Numbered from the stretch's first letter, positions 40,524 to 53,960 are shown. The stretch is DNA of 64,000 nt from the human T2T-CHM13v2.0 reference genome, Homo sapiens (GCF_009914755.1 NC_060926.1), one strand, 5' to 3'. The notes: generated from the sequence alone by a model not told the origin. Program-made: numbers and translations.

Positions 40524-42399
40524 TCAAACTTTTCTCTGCTGTAGTCCATAAAGTGCTTTTGCAAGTGCTGTTTAAAAAAAAAAAAAAAAAAAAAAAACAA
40601 AAAAACTGAAGATGTTTTCCTGAGGAAAATTTCTGCTGTCCCCATAGTTTCCTCTCTCTTAATGGTAGAATGTTTTTCTCATGGGCAAGAATACCCTTCA
40701 CCTTCTCATTTCATTAACAGAATAACAACCCTACCTAATGTCCTTCTGGTCTAAAAAGTCTATGAAGTTGTATTATATGAAATTATATTAAGCCAGTATC
40801 ATATGATATCTGCATATCAGAAATTAGAATGACTTTAAACTGATACCACCTTGACTTCTAACTAAAGCCTTCTGGAGAGAAGCAATAGAGAAGAGGTTCT
40901 AATGAATACATGTATTCTCAGTTCTGATCTTATATCTCATAAGAATCACAGGAAGCCTCCATATTTGAACTTCATTTCATTTAACTTCCCATGTAATAAT
41001 TACCCTTCTCTGAATTATACCCTTAAATGCTCTGACCTTAAATTTACCCCATCTCCCTTTTTTTTAAAAAAAAAGCCACATGACAGTCATTTCTGCATTT
41101 ATTTTAAAACTACTGTAAAGAGCAATATTCATTACTCTGCACCTTCTACATAAAATTCCAGATAATAAATTTGTTTTTAAAATCAGTTCTTCATTGGCAA
41201 TTTTGAGACTTCTCATATATATAATATATATATTTGGCCGCAGTTATTAAGAAACTCAGAGGCAAACTAATGCTCATTGATAGCAAATGTATGAAACTAC
41301 ATGGTCAGAATATTGATTTGTTTCCTTTATTTGATTTAATTCTTGTTACCAATCTTTGACCTATATGTCTTTAAGTTTTCTCAAAATTGTTTTTGAAAAA
41401 AGGGTGCATAACGACAGCCAAAATCAGTTTTCTTTTAAGTAAAGTCACAGGTAGTCTCACACATCAACTTACATCAGCTATTGTGATGGACCTTGAAAAA
41501 TACATTTTTCTCTGCAATATTTGTTTTTTTTTCACACTAGGAGTATAATCAATAAATAAGCACTCACTATCAATCTCCAAAATATACAGTCATATTTCAT
41601 TTTCAAAACTAAACACCTCTTGTGATGAATTACAGTCATTAGCAAGATGACTGTACAGAAACTTCAGACCATTTGGAAATGACTGAGCAGCTGACAGAAA
41701 AGGTGGGAGGGGGCAGAGGCATTTCTGTTCCAATTATTTTCTGGTTCTCAAATGTAAATATTTCTGAACCTATGCATCTCTGCTTGACATTCCATCAAAC
41801 TAAATTTTAAAAATATTTTCAACATTTTTGTTGTCATCGTCCTATTTCCAAATGAGAAGAGAGAAGATTTTTCTTAATGTCAAGCTTTTCCTTGGTACCC
41901 AGGGCAGGCCACTCCCCTACCAAAGCCTAATCCAGTAAATGGACAGATCCAATCCTGAGAAGTCAACACCAAGAAGAATGCATTCTACATGTATCAGTAT
42001 TATAGAATTTTATGGAAAAGTTGCCTCATCCAAATTTAGATTTTAATTAAATCAGTGAGTGGCCAGAGCCTCAGAGGGGATGCCAAATGAAATGCTGTCT
42101 TATGAAACACAAGGACCAAGAATTAGAAAATTAACCTAACTGGACTTTCCATATTGGCTTCACCCAGAGACCTCAAGATTCCTGGCTAAAGAAGCAGGGA
42201 TAGGCAATATATGAAAGCATCTAATTCTGATTTTCTCATCATCAAATTAACCAAGAGGTTTAAGTGGCATGGCCTTCTGCTTGGAATTAAGTCATTCAGT
42301 CTAATTTTCTTTAAACTCTTTTCCTAAGAATCTCTAATTAAACACTTATCCCCTTCCCCAGCCTTACCCCAACCCACTTTTTAAACTCTCTTCTAGTTC

Positions 42400-42570
42400 A
42401 CTAGCTTTCAAACTTTAGTGAGCATAAGAATCACCATGAAGGCTTGTTAAACACACCTTATTGGGCCCTGGCCTAAGTTTTTGATTCAGTAAGTCTAGTG
42501 TGGGACCTGAGCATTTACTTTGCTAACAAGTTCCAGCTGATGCTGAAGCTGTTGGTCCTGAAACCAGAGT
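42400..42570. mobile_element. MER5A
   Basis: 'tcaaactttagtgagcataagaatcacc...ttgattcagtaagtctagtgtgggacctgag...ctaacaagttcc'. Confidence 0.8.
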
Positions 42571-42630
42571 TAAAAGAATTACAGCTAAATACTATCAAAC
42601 CACCAGAGAGAAGATAGAAATCCCTACCTA

Positions 42631-42943
42631 AGCCAGGCGGGGTGACTCATGCCTGTAATCCCAGCACTTTGGGAAGCTGAGGCAGGTGGATAACCCGAGG
42701 TCAGAAGTTTGAGACTAGCCTGGCCAACATGGCAAAACCCCGTGTCTACTAAAAATACAAAAATTAGCTGGGCGTTGTGGTGGGTGCCTATAATCCCAGC
42801 TACTTGGGAGGCTGAAGGAGGAGAATCGCTTGAGCCCAGGAGGCAGAGGTTTCAGTGAGCCAAGATCACGCCACTACACTCCAGCCTGGGCAACAGAGTG
42901 AGACTCCATCTCAAAAAAACAAAAACAAAAACAAAACAAAAAA
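42631..42943 (+). mobile_element. AluS (Sx-like)
   Basis: Alu dimer with (AAAAC)n tail; 'aaatccct' on both flanks. Confidence 0.96.
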
Positions 42944-43070
42944 ATCCCTGATTTCCCAGTGAATCTGGTGACTTCAATGACCTGCACCTGGAGCTGGAAA
43001 TCTGCTGTTTTTACTAAATCTTGATCCACAGGTTCATTCTCTACACATAGCACAGGGTTGCTAGATGTGA

Positions 43071-43480
<410 letters not shown>

Positions 43481-45429
43481 TGGTAAGAATTCTTTATATC
43501 AGGACCTCTCTCCCACCTGTAACTAACTTCTAGCTTTGTCTCCCTTTATATCTCCATCTCCTTTGGCCACCTTTCTGCCAACTTAAAGAAAGTTATGGTA
43601 TTATTGAACACCATGAGCATTTAAGTCAAATCTTCATATATGTGAATGAGTCTGCATGTGCTAGTGTTAACTAAACATATTCAATTCTAAAAGGTGATGT
43701 ATTAAACTCCTCAAGTATGAGAATGAAAAACAAGGTAGACATTTTTATCAATACATCTCTAACTCTATCTTGGTTTTTTTTTTTACTTTTCTTTTTACGC
43801 TTTTTGGCATTTCAATCCCAGCATTCAACACTAGAAGAATCAAATACAGTTGGAATTTTCTGACATGTTCACATATTTGTTGAATATAAGTGGTATATAT
43901 TCATGGTGTTAAGCATGTTACTATATCTGGGTTTCGGAAGAAGGTATAAACTTTGCTTATGGGCATATACAAAATCAATGACACATGGCAAGAAAATATA
44001 ACTGCCACAGAAAGATACAAAGGAAGTTTGCTATGGAAGGCCAAAGAGGAGAGCAATCACTTCTAATTAGAAATGTTCCAGGGGATATAAAGCAGTTAAT
44101 ACTTGAGACAGTTCTTCTGTAAGATATGGGATAGTCAGAAAGGTGTAAAAGCTAACAGAATAAAATGGTATGCATCCCCGAATAATAATTCCAATGCTCC
44201 AGGAAAACCAATCAGCATTCCCACACTATCCCTCCCACCAGTCTTTCAATGAGAGACAGGATTTGTTGTTAGAGGATCTGGTCGAAGCCCTTCTATTAAT
44301 ATAATGGCATTACTATTAAAGACACATTTTCACGGATGTGATATAAGGATCAAATGACATACTGTCTATGAAAAGAGTTTTATAAGCTGCAGAGCTCTAT
44401 ATAAAGATCTTTAGGACTTGTCATACACTTATTTGGGCTGTCCGGTTGTGACTTGCATTTTCGGAATAGACCAATCATCTTGGCACTGCTGTGAGAAGTT
44501 CAGTTGTCTTAGTGAGAGGCTCCTGACCAGCCACCCAAGAGCTCTGGTCTCACTCCATGAGGATCAAGCTATACACTGAGAACACTAACTTGTCCTCTGA
44601 CCACAGCCACAGCTGTGGACTCTGAGCAGCTCATACCTAAAAGCCAACACAGAAAAGGAAACAAAGTAAACCATCCTCCCCACATTTAAAGCTCTAGATC
44701 TACTTCTAACAGCTTCCCTAACTGATGCTTTGATCTCCCAAAGTCTTTCTGAACCTTCCAACCTTCACGTAATTCTTGGGTTGAATTTATGGCTTGCCTT
44801 ATCACCCACAGCCACCAAGTCCTTCGCAGACCCCGAACTTTGGATCCAGCCTGACTTACCACCTACTGCCATGCTCCTACCACTTAGATTTCTAGATCTT
44901 ATTCTTGGCCAGCTATACTACATAACAGCTTCCTTTTTCCTATGTTCAAAATGGTAGCTTACTGTCATTCTCTTGAAAAAAATTGAGCTGTTAGAGTCTT
45001 AACATTCTTTGTGCTGCACAGGCAGTAGGTGCAACTGCATATAGAGATAAGCATTATATATTTTTACAAGGTAAAAAGAATTATGCAAGCACACTTTTCA
45101 TATCTATGATTGATATGCATTTAAATTAAAAGTAATAAATTCAAGTTAGATCACAAATCTCAGGTTACTTCAGTGAGGTAAATATTAAATTATCACAATG
45201 ACAACTGCTGGTTTGGCAATGCCAAATTAACAGGCAGTCCAATGCAAGGCTCCAGAAGAAAGAGCTCTTCAGCAGGTTGGGAGGAAATCAATTAAAAACT
45301 GGAAGGAACGGCTTGGAGTGGAATGAGAGGAACCAGCTGATACCAAAGACCTGACTAGGAAGTAAGATCAAGATGATTATAAAAGCAGATGACTTTTTGG
45401 TGTGGCTTATCTGCTACTAATGAGCTGTG

Positions 45430-46320
45430 CAAACTCATCTGTCATACCTCAACTGAATCAATTCAATAACAGGTCTCCTTGCCTATGATCTTGGCCCTCC
45501 TAAACCTGTAGCCAGAGATACCTTTCCAAATTCAGATCATGACACTGACTAGCTGTAAGCTCTCTAGAGGCACTTTGTTACTCTCAGTATAGAAGCCAAG
45601 ATTCCTAATTTGGCCCACAAAACACTTCATGACATGCTACTTCCTTCTTCTTTTACTTCATCTCTCTACATCTCCAACCCCCTCTTAAATTCTTCTCCCT
45701 AAAATATATTTGTAATATTAAAACATTAATGGTTAAAAAGAAAGCTCTAGATTCAAATCCTCATTCTTCTATATACTTAGCTTTTGTCAAGTTGCTGAAC
45801 CACTCTGAAATCAATTTCCTTATGTTTTAAAATGGGTAGAATATGATAAAAAATACCTGCCATCAATGTTTTGGAAGAGAAGTAAAGATAACATAATAAA
45901 GGATCTACTATTAAGTATTTAATAAATCTCAGGTATTGCTATGACCCCTACCCAATAGACATACAAGATCTACAATTGTTGAACAATCCATATCTGAACA
46001 CCATACATATATCTAAACATTTATCTGTTCTCTGCCTTACTAACTCATTTTGACACTTAGCCTATGACCTATTCCCTTAAGAAAGACTTTACAGTGAAAG
46101 AAGCTGCCCATTGTTCCTGCAGTGCTTGCTCTGTAGAGGGCACATTAAAATTTGATCTTTGTGGAGGGCAATCAAAAACTGGTTTGCATATACACCTTTC
46201 CCTCGAGACTGCAGCAATTCAGGACAGGCAGGCACCATGCCTTGTCTCTGCATAGCCTCAGTGCCTACTGACTGCTAAGTTCTTAATAACAGTAATAAAC
46301 TTTTAAAAAATGAATTAATG
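45430..46320 (+). mobile_element. L2 fragments with an intervening MIR (~45720-45930)
   Basis: 'gtagccagagatacctttccaaattcagatcatgacac'; MIR 'agattcaaatcctcattct...gaaccactctgaaatcaatttcc'; L2 end 'gcctcagtgcctact'. Confidence 0.55.
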
Positions 46321-47424
46321 ATGGTCAGAGAGCATATGCCAACCATGCTTTGGCCTTAAAAATAGAGGCAAGAAGTAGACATGAAATCTAAGTGTCTTCC
46401 TCCCCACTCTACCCCTCAAGACTATAAAAGTATTTGAATGAAGAATTCCCAAAGGTATCCTTTCTTCACTGCCTGGAAGGTAGGGAGGACTTAAGATGCT
46501 GGGAGAGGCCATGTCTACTCAAAGGTTATACTGGTTGAAGTGCTAGAAATTACAGGTAGATTTTGGGAGGCAAGCATCTTAATAGCTCAAGGGGAGAAAA
46601 GTAATATTAAGAGAATCTCATGAGGCCGCCCCTCATAAGCCAGGTTGTGACAAAGATGACAGATTAAATTTGTAAGTTTTATACCATTTTTTCCTTTCCT
46701 TATCAGCAAATTATAATGTGAACATTGTAGCTGCAATAATTAATTAATTGTAGTGCATTCACCCTTACAGGCTTAGTGCTAAAACCCTGTGACCCCAATA
46801 TTTAAATTTATGCAAATTGAAATCCCCGGAGTGATTTTAAAAATCTGCTCCAAGCACTAGCTCCAATTCCAAATTCTGGTGGTGTCTCTAAGGAGTGCCT
46901 AATCCTCTTCACAGAGAAACTAGGGGTTAAATCACGAGGACAGGGGAAGTTTATAAAACATACACTGGCAGGCATATTCCTTTTTCCCTATTATTTCTCA
47001 GAGGGGGAAAAAAAGGTGGAGGACAGAAGGGATGATAGATAACACATTTTATATCTGTGTGATGTGATTAGGGGACACTGTAGCAGAAAAGAGGCCAGTA
47101 GCAGCAGCAGCAGCACCGCCACCATTGGCCCAGGAAACAATGTGCTGAGAACGAACAGAAATCAGCAGCTGGTGAACAGAATGTGTCTGTACATGGCAAG
47201 GGACAGGAGATGTCTGACGAATGGCATAGAACCAGCATCTGAAACTCATCTCTCCATCCTTTCCATGCCAAAAAATGAACTAGATAAACAAAACCAAGAT
47301 GGTCAGGTTTACCACTGCATTAATAGTTGGGATGAGGAGATTAATATAGATTAAATGGTTAGACTGGAAACGTGCTCCCTTTTCACTATCCAAAAGCCAA
47401 TAATATTGAAGGGAAACCAGCAAA

Positions 47425-47720
47425 TTCTTTCATTCATTCATCTTACAAACATTTATTGAGCACTTACCATTTGCCAGGCCCTGAACTTGACACTGGAAAC
47501 ACAAAGAGAAATAAGATATAATCCCTGTCCTATGGTAAATTAGTCTTGTAGAGGCTATGACATGAAAACTCATAAATGAAATATATTCTTACAGAGATGA
47601 TATTATAGAAATACAAGGCAGAGCTGAGCATAATGGAGAGAATTATTATTCATAATTGGCTAGTGATAGGATTTACACAGCCTTCCTCCAGAAGGAGAGG
47701 CTTCGAGTCTCAACAGGGGA
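47425..47720 (-). mobile_element. L2 3' fragment
   Basis: 'ttcattcattcatcttacaaacatttattgagcacttaccatttgccaggccctg'. Confidence 0.75.
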
Positions 47721-48104
47721 GTAGTTCCCAGTCTTATGATACAGAGGAAGCCCTGGGAGGAAATATTAGGAGAACTATAACAGAATGAAGAACTGGGCTC
47801 AAAGCAGCTCCTACATACTCCACATGTAACTTTCCGTAGCTTCTGATTTTAGTTTTCAAACTATTCTCAAATATGATATTCACTCTCTCCTTTTTCCACC
47901 CTAAATTCTGAGGTACAAAAGCCAAAAAACTTATATTAAAATATTTTAATATAAAGTTTATATATATGAGATACATAAACATAAATATATAAACTTTACA
48001 TGAAAAAATATACTTATGATATATTTGATATATTAGATTCCCTCCTTTAATCACTTTCAGATGTCATGTGCTTTCTATATAATCACTAGAATGAAATATA
48101 TATA

Positions 48105-48646
48105 TACATATTTATTTATTATACTTTAAGTTCTGGGATACATGTACAGAACATGCAGGTTTGTTACATAGGTATATACATGCCATGGTGGTTTGCTGCA
48201 CCCATCAACTGTCATCTACGTTAGGTATTTCTCCTAATGTTATCCCTCCCCTAGTCCCCCAGCCCCCAACAGGCCCCAGTATGTGATGTTCCCCTCCCTG
48301 TGTCTATGTGTTCTCATTGTTCAACTCCCACTTATAAATAAGAACAGGCAGTGTTTGGTTTTCTTTTCCTGGGTTAGTTTGCTGAGAATGATGGTTTCCA
48401 GCTTCAACCATGTCCCAGCAAAGGACATGAACTCATCCTTTTTTATGGCTGCATAGTATTCCATGGGGTATATGTGCCACATTTTCTTTATCCAGTCTAT
48501 CATTGATGGGCATTTGGGTTGGTTCCAAGTCTTTACTATTGTGAACAGTGCTGCAATAAACATACATGTGCATGTGTCTTCATAGTAGAATGATTTATAA
48601 TCCTCTGGGTATATACCCAGTAATGGGATTGCTGGGTCAAATGGTA
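48105..48646 (-). mobile_element. L1PA7-like 3' end (~540 bp)
   Basis: 'tatactttaagttctgggatacatg...ttaggtatttctcctaatgttatccctcccc'; ORF 'MFIAALFTIVKTWNQPKCPSMIDWIKKMW'. Confidence 0.95.
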
Positions 48647-48852
48647 CAAGCCTGGAACATCTTTTGGTGCCAGAAAGTAAAGAAACACTAAAATAATAAT
48701 GGGAAAAAATGTCAAAAGAATATGAGAGTTAGTATAAAAGGCTTCCACTGGGCAAGTCTGAAATGATTTGAGCATCAAAATAAATAATAGCTGTAACAGA
48801 TAGTAATCCTTTGAGTAAAATAGGAATTCATCAATTCATACTGTTATAAATA

Positions 48853-49512
48853 CCATGGTGGGTTTGTATTGTGTCAACTTGGTCAATCTGTAACTACATT
48901 TCCCAGAATTCCCTTCCCTGCATAATTCTGAATTAGCATGGGCCAGAAGTGATCATTTGCATAAGATTTGGAATACAAAGGTATACGAACAGAAGTATTC
49001 CTTTATGCTTAGAAGGTTGGTGCAAGGAACAAGATGCTGTTACAGCTCACTCACATTACTGGCTCACCTTGTGTCAGAAGGGTGCAACCAGGTCTGCAGG
49101 TCACCAACTCCTGTGAGATCCTTGGCCTCCCTCCATCTCTCTGGTACCTGGAGAGGTACATGATTAGCCCCATGGTCAAGGGCACTGACCTTTGCCACAG
49201 AACATCCCAAAATCTAACTGGAGGCTTGGAGGTGATGAAAGACCAAGGGACTCCATTCTAACCCTATAGATTCTAGCTTATCCTTGCTTCCCCAACTTTA
49301 TGTCCATTGGCCTTTCCTCATTGTCTATCCCGTAGGATTCAGAATACAGCTCCAGACACAGAAACAAAAGGCTCACAAGACTGTGCAACCAGTTTCCACT
49401 ATGGCATTTGGTCATATTCTTATAATAAATCCTTTATTATATATATTTATATTTAATTTATATATATATATCTCCTAGTGTCTTGCTTCTCTGCACAAAA
49501 CCTGATTGGCAC
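48853..49512 (+). mobile_element. MLT2E/F-like ERVL LTR
   Basis: 'tgtgtcaacttggtcaatctgtaactacatttcccagaattcccttccctg' ... 'taataaatcc' ... 'tgcttctctg...cctgattggcaca'. Confidence 0.7.
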
Positions 49513-49522
49513 AAATACATAA

Positions 49523-49678
49523 AGATAGGACAAAAGGAAGGATGAAGGAAGGATAAAGGAAGGATGGAGGGAGGGATGAAAGCAAGGAAGTAGGGAAGAG
49601 AGGAAAGAAGGAAAGGAGGAAGAAAAGTAAGGGGATAAGGAAGGAAAACAGGGAGGAAGGAAGAGAAGGAAGGAAGGA
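49523..49678. repeat. Purine-rich (GGAA)n-like low-complexity tract
   Basis: About 155 bp of almost only G/A on the + strand. Confidence 0.9.
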
Positions 49679-49938
49679 CTGTACTGTTCAGGGAAAATCT
49701 CAAAGCATATTCCCACAAGATACTTAATTATTTATTAATTAATGAGCACAATTTATTAATTAGCTCTACAGTGAAGAAGCCTAGCAGAAGCTGTATCACT
49801 CAAGTAATAAAATTTAACATTACCAGTAGTAGTAACATTACCAATGTTGCATACAACCTGATGTGATATAATGAAATAAACACAGCATCGTTTTTGAGGT
49901 AAACCTGCTGAAAGTAAGGTTTCAGCAGGCATACCTTT

Positions 49939-52718
49939 CAGGTATACCTTTTTTTTGGTTTGTTTGTTTGTTTTGTTTTTGTTTGTTTTCTTTTTTTTGA
50001 GACGGAGTCTCCCTCTGTCACCCAGGCTGGAGTGCAGTGGCGTGATCTTGGTTCATGCAACCTCTGCCTCCCAGGTTTAAGTGATTCTTCTGCTTCAGCC
50101 TCCCGAGTAGCTGGGACTAGAGGCTCCCGCCACCACGCCTGGATGATTTCTGTATTTTCAGTAGAGATGGGGTTTCACCATATTAGCCAGGCTGGTCTTG
50201 AACTCCTGACCTTGTGATCTGGCTGCCTCGGCCTTCCAAAGTGCTGGGATTACAGGTGTGAGCCACCGCGCCTAGCCAGGTATATCTTGTTTTATTGCAC
50301 TTTGCTTTATTACACTCCATAGATGTGTCTGCATGTGTGTGTGTGTGTATAACAAATTAAAGGTCTATGGCAACATTGCATCAAGCAAGCCTATTGGTGC
50401 CATTTTTCCAACAGCATGTGCTCACTTTGTGTCTCTGGGTCACATTTTGTCAACTCTTGGAATAGTTCAAATATTGTCATTACTATTATACCTGTTATGG
50501 TGATCTGCGATCAGTGATCTTTGCTGTTACTTTTGTAATTGGATGGGGGGGTGCCATGAACCATGCCCATAATAATATGGCAAATTTAATCAATAAATGT
50601 TGTGTGTGTTCTGACTACTCCACCAACTGGTTATTTTCCTCCATCTCTCTCCCTCTCCTCAGGCCTCCCTATTTCCCAAGACAACAATATTGAAATAAGG
50701 CCAAGTAATAACCCTACAATGACCTCTAAGTGTTCAAGTGAAAGGAAGAATCACATTTCTCTTACATTAAATCAAAAGCTAGAAAATAATTAAGCTCAGT
50801 GAGGAAGGTATGTCAAAATCTGAGATAGGCAGAAAGCTAGGCCTCTTGTGCCAAATGGTTAGCCAAGTCGTGAATGCAAAGGAAAAGTTCTTGAAGGAAA
50901 TTAAAAGTGCTTCTCCAGTGAATGCTCAAGTGATAAGAAAGCAAAACGCCTTACTGCTTGCTGATAAGGAGAAAGTTTTAGTGGTCTAGATAGAAGACCA
51001 AAGCAGCCACAACATTCTCTTAAGCCAAAGCCTGATCCAGAGAAAGGCCCTAACTCTTATCAATTTTATGAAAGCTGAGAGAGGTGACGAAGTTGCAGAA
51101 GAAAAGGCTGGAGCTAGAAAAGGTTTGTTCAGGAGGTTTAAGGAAATAAACTGTCTTTATAACATAAAAGTGCAAGGTAAAATAGCAAGTGCTGAAGTAA
51201 AAGCAGCAGCAAGTGATCCAGAAGATCTAGCCAAGATCATTGGTGAAGGAGGCTTCAATATACAACAGATTTTCAACGTAGATAGAACACCCTTCTATTG
51301 AAAGAAATCCTTTATATGGGACTTTCATAGCTAGAGAAGTCAATGCCTGGCAACAAAGCTTCAAAAAAAACAAAAAAACAAAAAAACAAGCAGACTAACA
51401 CTCTTGTTAGAAGCTAATGTAGCTGGTGACTTTAAGTTAAAGCCAGTTCTCATTTGCCACTCCAAAAATCCTAGGCCCTTAAGAGTGATGCTAAATATAC
51501 TCTGCTTGTGCTCCATAAATGGAACAACAAAGCATGAATGAAAACACATCTGTTTTACAGCACATGGTTTACAGGAATATTTTGAGCCCACTATTGAGAC
51601 CTATTGCTTAGAAATTAAGCTTTCTTTCTAAAGATTACTGCTCATTGACAATGTACCTAGTCACCCAAGAGCTCTGATGGAGATGTACAAGGAAATTAAT
51701 ATTGCTTTCATACCTGTTAACACAATACCCATTATGCAGCCCATAGATCAAGGAGTAATTTTGACTTTCAAGTCTTATTATTTAGGAAATACATTTCATA
51801 AGGCTATAGCTGCCTCAGGTAGTGATTCCTCCGATGGATCTGGGCAAAGTTAGTTGAAAACCTTCTGGAAATGAGTCACCATTTTAAATGCCAGTAAGAA
51901 CATTCATGATTTATTGGAGGAGGTCAAAATATCGACATTAATAGGAGTTTGAGAGAAGTTGCTTCCAAAGCTCATGGATGACTTTGAGGGGTTCAAGACT
52001 TCAGTAGAGGTAGTATACAGTTGTGGTGGAAAGTGCAAGAGACGTAGAATTAGAAGTGGAGACTAAAGATGTGACCGAATTGCTGCAATCTCATAATAAA
52101 ACTTGAATGGGTGAGGAGTTATTTCTTATGGATGAGCAAACAAAATGGTTTCTTGAGATGAAATCTACTTTTGGTGAAGATGCTGTGAATATTGTTGAAA
52201 TGACAAAGGTTTTAGAATATTACATAAACTTACTTGACAAAGCAGCAGCAGGGTTTGAGAGGACTGGCTCCTATTTTGAAAGTTTTACTGTGGGTAAAAT
52301 GCTATCAAAGAGTAATACATGCTACAGAGAAGTCTCTCATGTAAGAAAGAGTCAATTGGTGCTACAAACTCATTGTTGTCTTATTTTAAGAAATTACCGC
52401 AACTGTCTAACCTTCAGCAACAACCACTCTGATCACTCAGCAGTCATCAGCATTGAGGCAAGACCCTCCACAAGCAAAAGATTACAACTGACTGAAGGCT
52501 TGATTATTGCTGACATTTTTTAGTAATAAAGCATGTTTTAATCAAGGTATGCACATTGTTTTTGTAGACCTAATGCTATTATACACTTAATACACCACAG
52601 CATAGTGTAAATATAACTTTTATGTGCACTGAAAAAAAAAAGTGTGATTCACTTTATTGCAATATTTACTTTATTGTGGTGGTCTGGAACCAAACTTGCA
52701 ATGTCAGAGAAACACCTC
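49939..52718 (+). mobile_element. Near full-length Tigger1 (pogo/Tc-mariner), decayed transposase, Alu in left TIR
   Basis: Left 'caggtatacct..gttttattgcactttgctttatt'; right 'ctttattgtggtggtctggaaccaaacttgcaat...cacctc|ta'; ORF pieces '[13 protein letters not shown]...[27 protein letters not shown]...QQIFNVD' and 'EELFLMDEQTKWFLEMKSTFGEDAVNIVEMT'. Confidence 0.95.
49951..50277 (-). mobile_element. AluS (Sg-like) inserted in the Tigger1 TIR
   Basis: TSD aggtata(c/t)ctt at 49940-49950 and 50278-50288. Confidence 0.96.
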
Positions 52719-52719
52719 T

Positions 52720-52767
52720 ATAAGTACCCTACTGGTTCTGTTTCTCTAGAGAACCCTGACTAATACA
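52720..52767 (+). mobile_element. Orphan 3' terminus of an MLT2 LTR
   Basis: 'cctactggttctgtttctctagagaaccctgactaataca' is the characteristic MLT2 end. Confidence 0.8.
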
Positions 52768-53439
52768 ATCATGAAAGACAAGAAAAGACTGAAGAACTAT
52801 ACTAGATTGAAGGACACTAAAGAGAAACCACATTCAAACACAAGAATGACTCTATGTGGACAACAGGACAAATTTTTAATAGATGGTAATGATGGAACAA
52901 TATTGATTTCCTGATTTTTGCACTCACAGCTAAGTGGGAAAAAATGCCTTGTTTCAGAAAATACTCACTTAAAAGGTATCATGTTTGCAACCATTCTTAA
53001 GCGGTTCACCACATATAGTGATATGTATGTTTGTATATATGTACACATATACTAGATTGATGAATTGACATATAATTACACATATATAAGGAGAGAGAGA
53101 GAGAGAGAAAGAAAATGGAAATGATAAGGCGAGTATGCTAAAATGTTAACAATTTGCATATATGGATGAAAGCTACACAGGAACTCTGACTATTTTTCAT
53201 ACTGGTTTTGTAACTTCTGAAATTTAAAATCATTTCAAAAATAAAAAGTAAAATACATATATATGTAAAAGAGGAAGGTTAGAAATAGATACTACCCAGA
53301 AAAAGAAAAAAGATATGAAATTATCTCTTACTTATTTCACGAGATTCACTGCCCACTCATATTAAGAGAAATGTATACATAATATCTCACCTCTCAGATA
53401 CATAGTATAAATAATAGTGTAGACCAGTGTGTCAGTGAT

Positions 53440-53960
53440 GGTATGAAGAGGTCAACTGAGCTGGAGATGTCCTGCTTGTACTTCTAGTCCCATTTCTCCA
53501 CCCTGCTCTGTACTTCAGGCGGCTGACCTGTGGGGATTACATTAAGGGTCTGGTTTAATCTCTGGCCATCTGTCAAGTTTGGGCAATGGATGGTATCAGC
53601 AAGGCATCAGAAGGAGGAAGGAGAGTGTGGTCGAAATTATTTACTCCCTAGGCTTCCTTTCTGAGGATTTGCTTCTGGCTGGCTGCCTCCATGTCACCAA
53701 TTCACAGCCCCTTTCAGGTGGCCCTCTGAACACAACCCTCTCTGCCTTCAGGCTTCAGTGAGTGTTTCCTCCTCTTGCACCCTCAGGTCCCATAGTGGTA
53801 ACCTCAGCCCCTCACCCCCATCTCAATATATATTCCACGGAAAGCCCTGGGGTTTCTGTATCCTGCCCATACTTTGTAAATAATTCCTTTACTTAGTCTT
53901 CTTCATATTACCAATTAATGCATCTGTTTTCTGCCATGCTCCTTAGGATACACTGACATT
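53440..53960 (+). mobile_element. LTR33-like ERVL LTR
   Basis: 'ttctccaccctgctctg...ggctgacctgtgggga', 'ccctctctgccttcaggct', 'tttgtaaataattcctttact'. Confidence 0.65.

Larger units (their letters stand above)
48647..53250 (+). mobile_element. L1MC-like 3' UTR broken by nested insertions (pieces ~48647-48850, 49680-49915, 52768-53250)
   Basis: 'agcctggaacatcttttggtgccagaaagtaaag', 'cacagcatcgtttttgaggtaaacctgc', 'tcatgaaagacaagaaaagactgaagaact'. Confidence 0.7.

Noticed and set aside
40574-40606. Orphan poly(A) as a processed pseudogene tail
   Set aside because: No upstream retrocopy body and no TSD visible
45211-45227. TTGGC-AAT-GCCAA palindrome as an NFI site
   Set aside because: Spacer is 3 nt, not the canonical 5
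47064-47354. 96-aa ORF with (GCA)5 repeat
   Set aside because: Non-ATG start, very short repeat, no recognisable homology or clear splice frame
50602-52523. Possible domesticated Tigger transposase gene
   Set aside because: Reading frame broken into short pieces by stops and frameshifts; an ordinary decayed Tigger1
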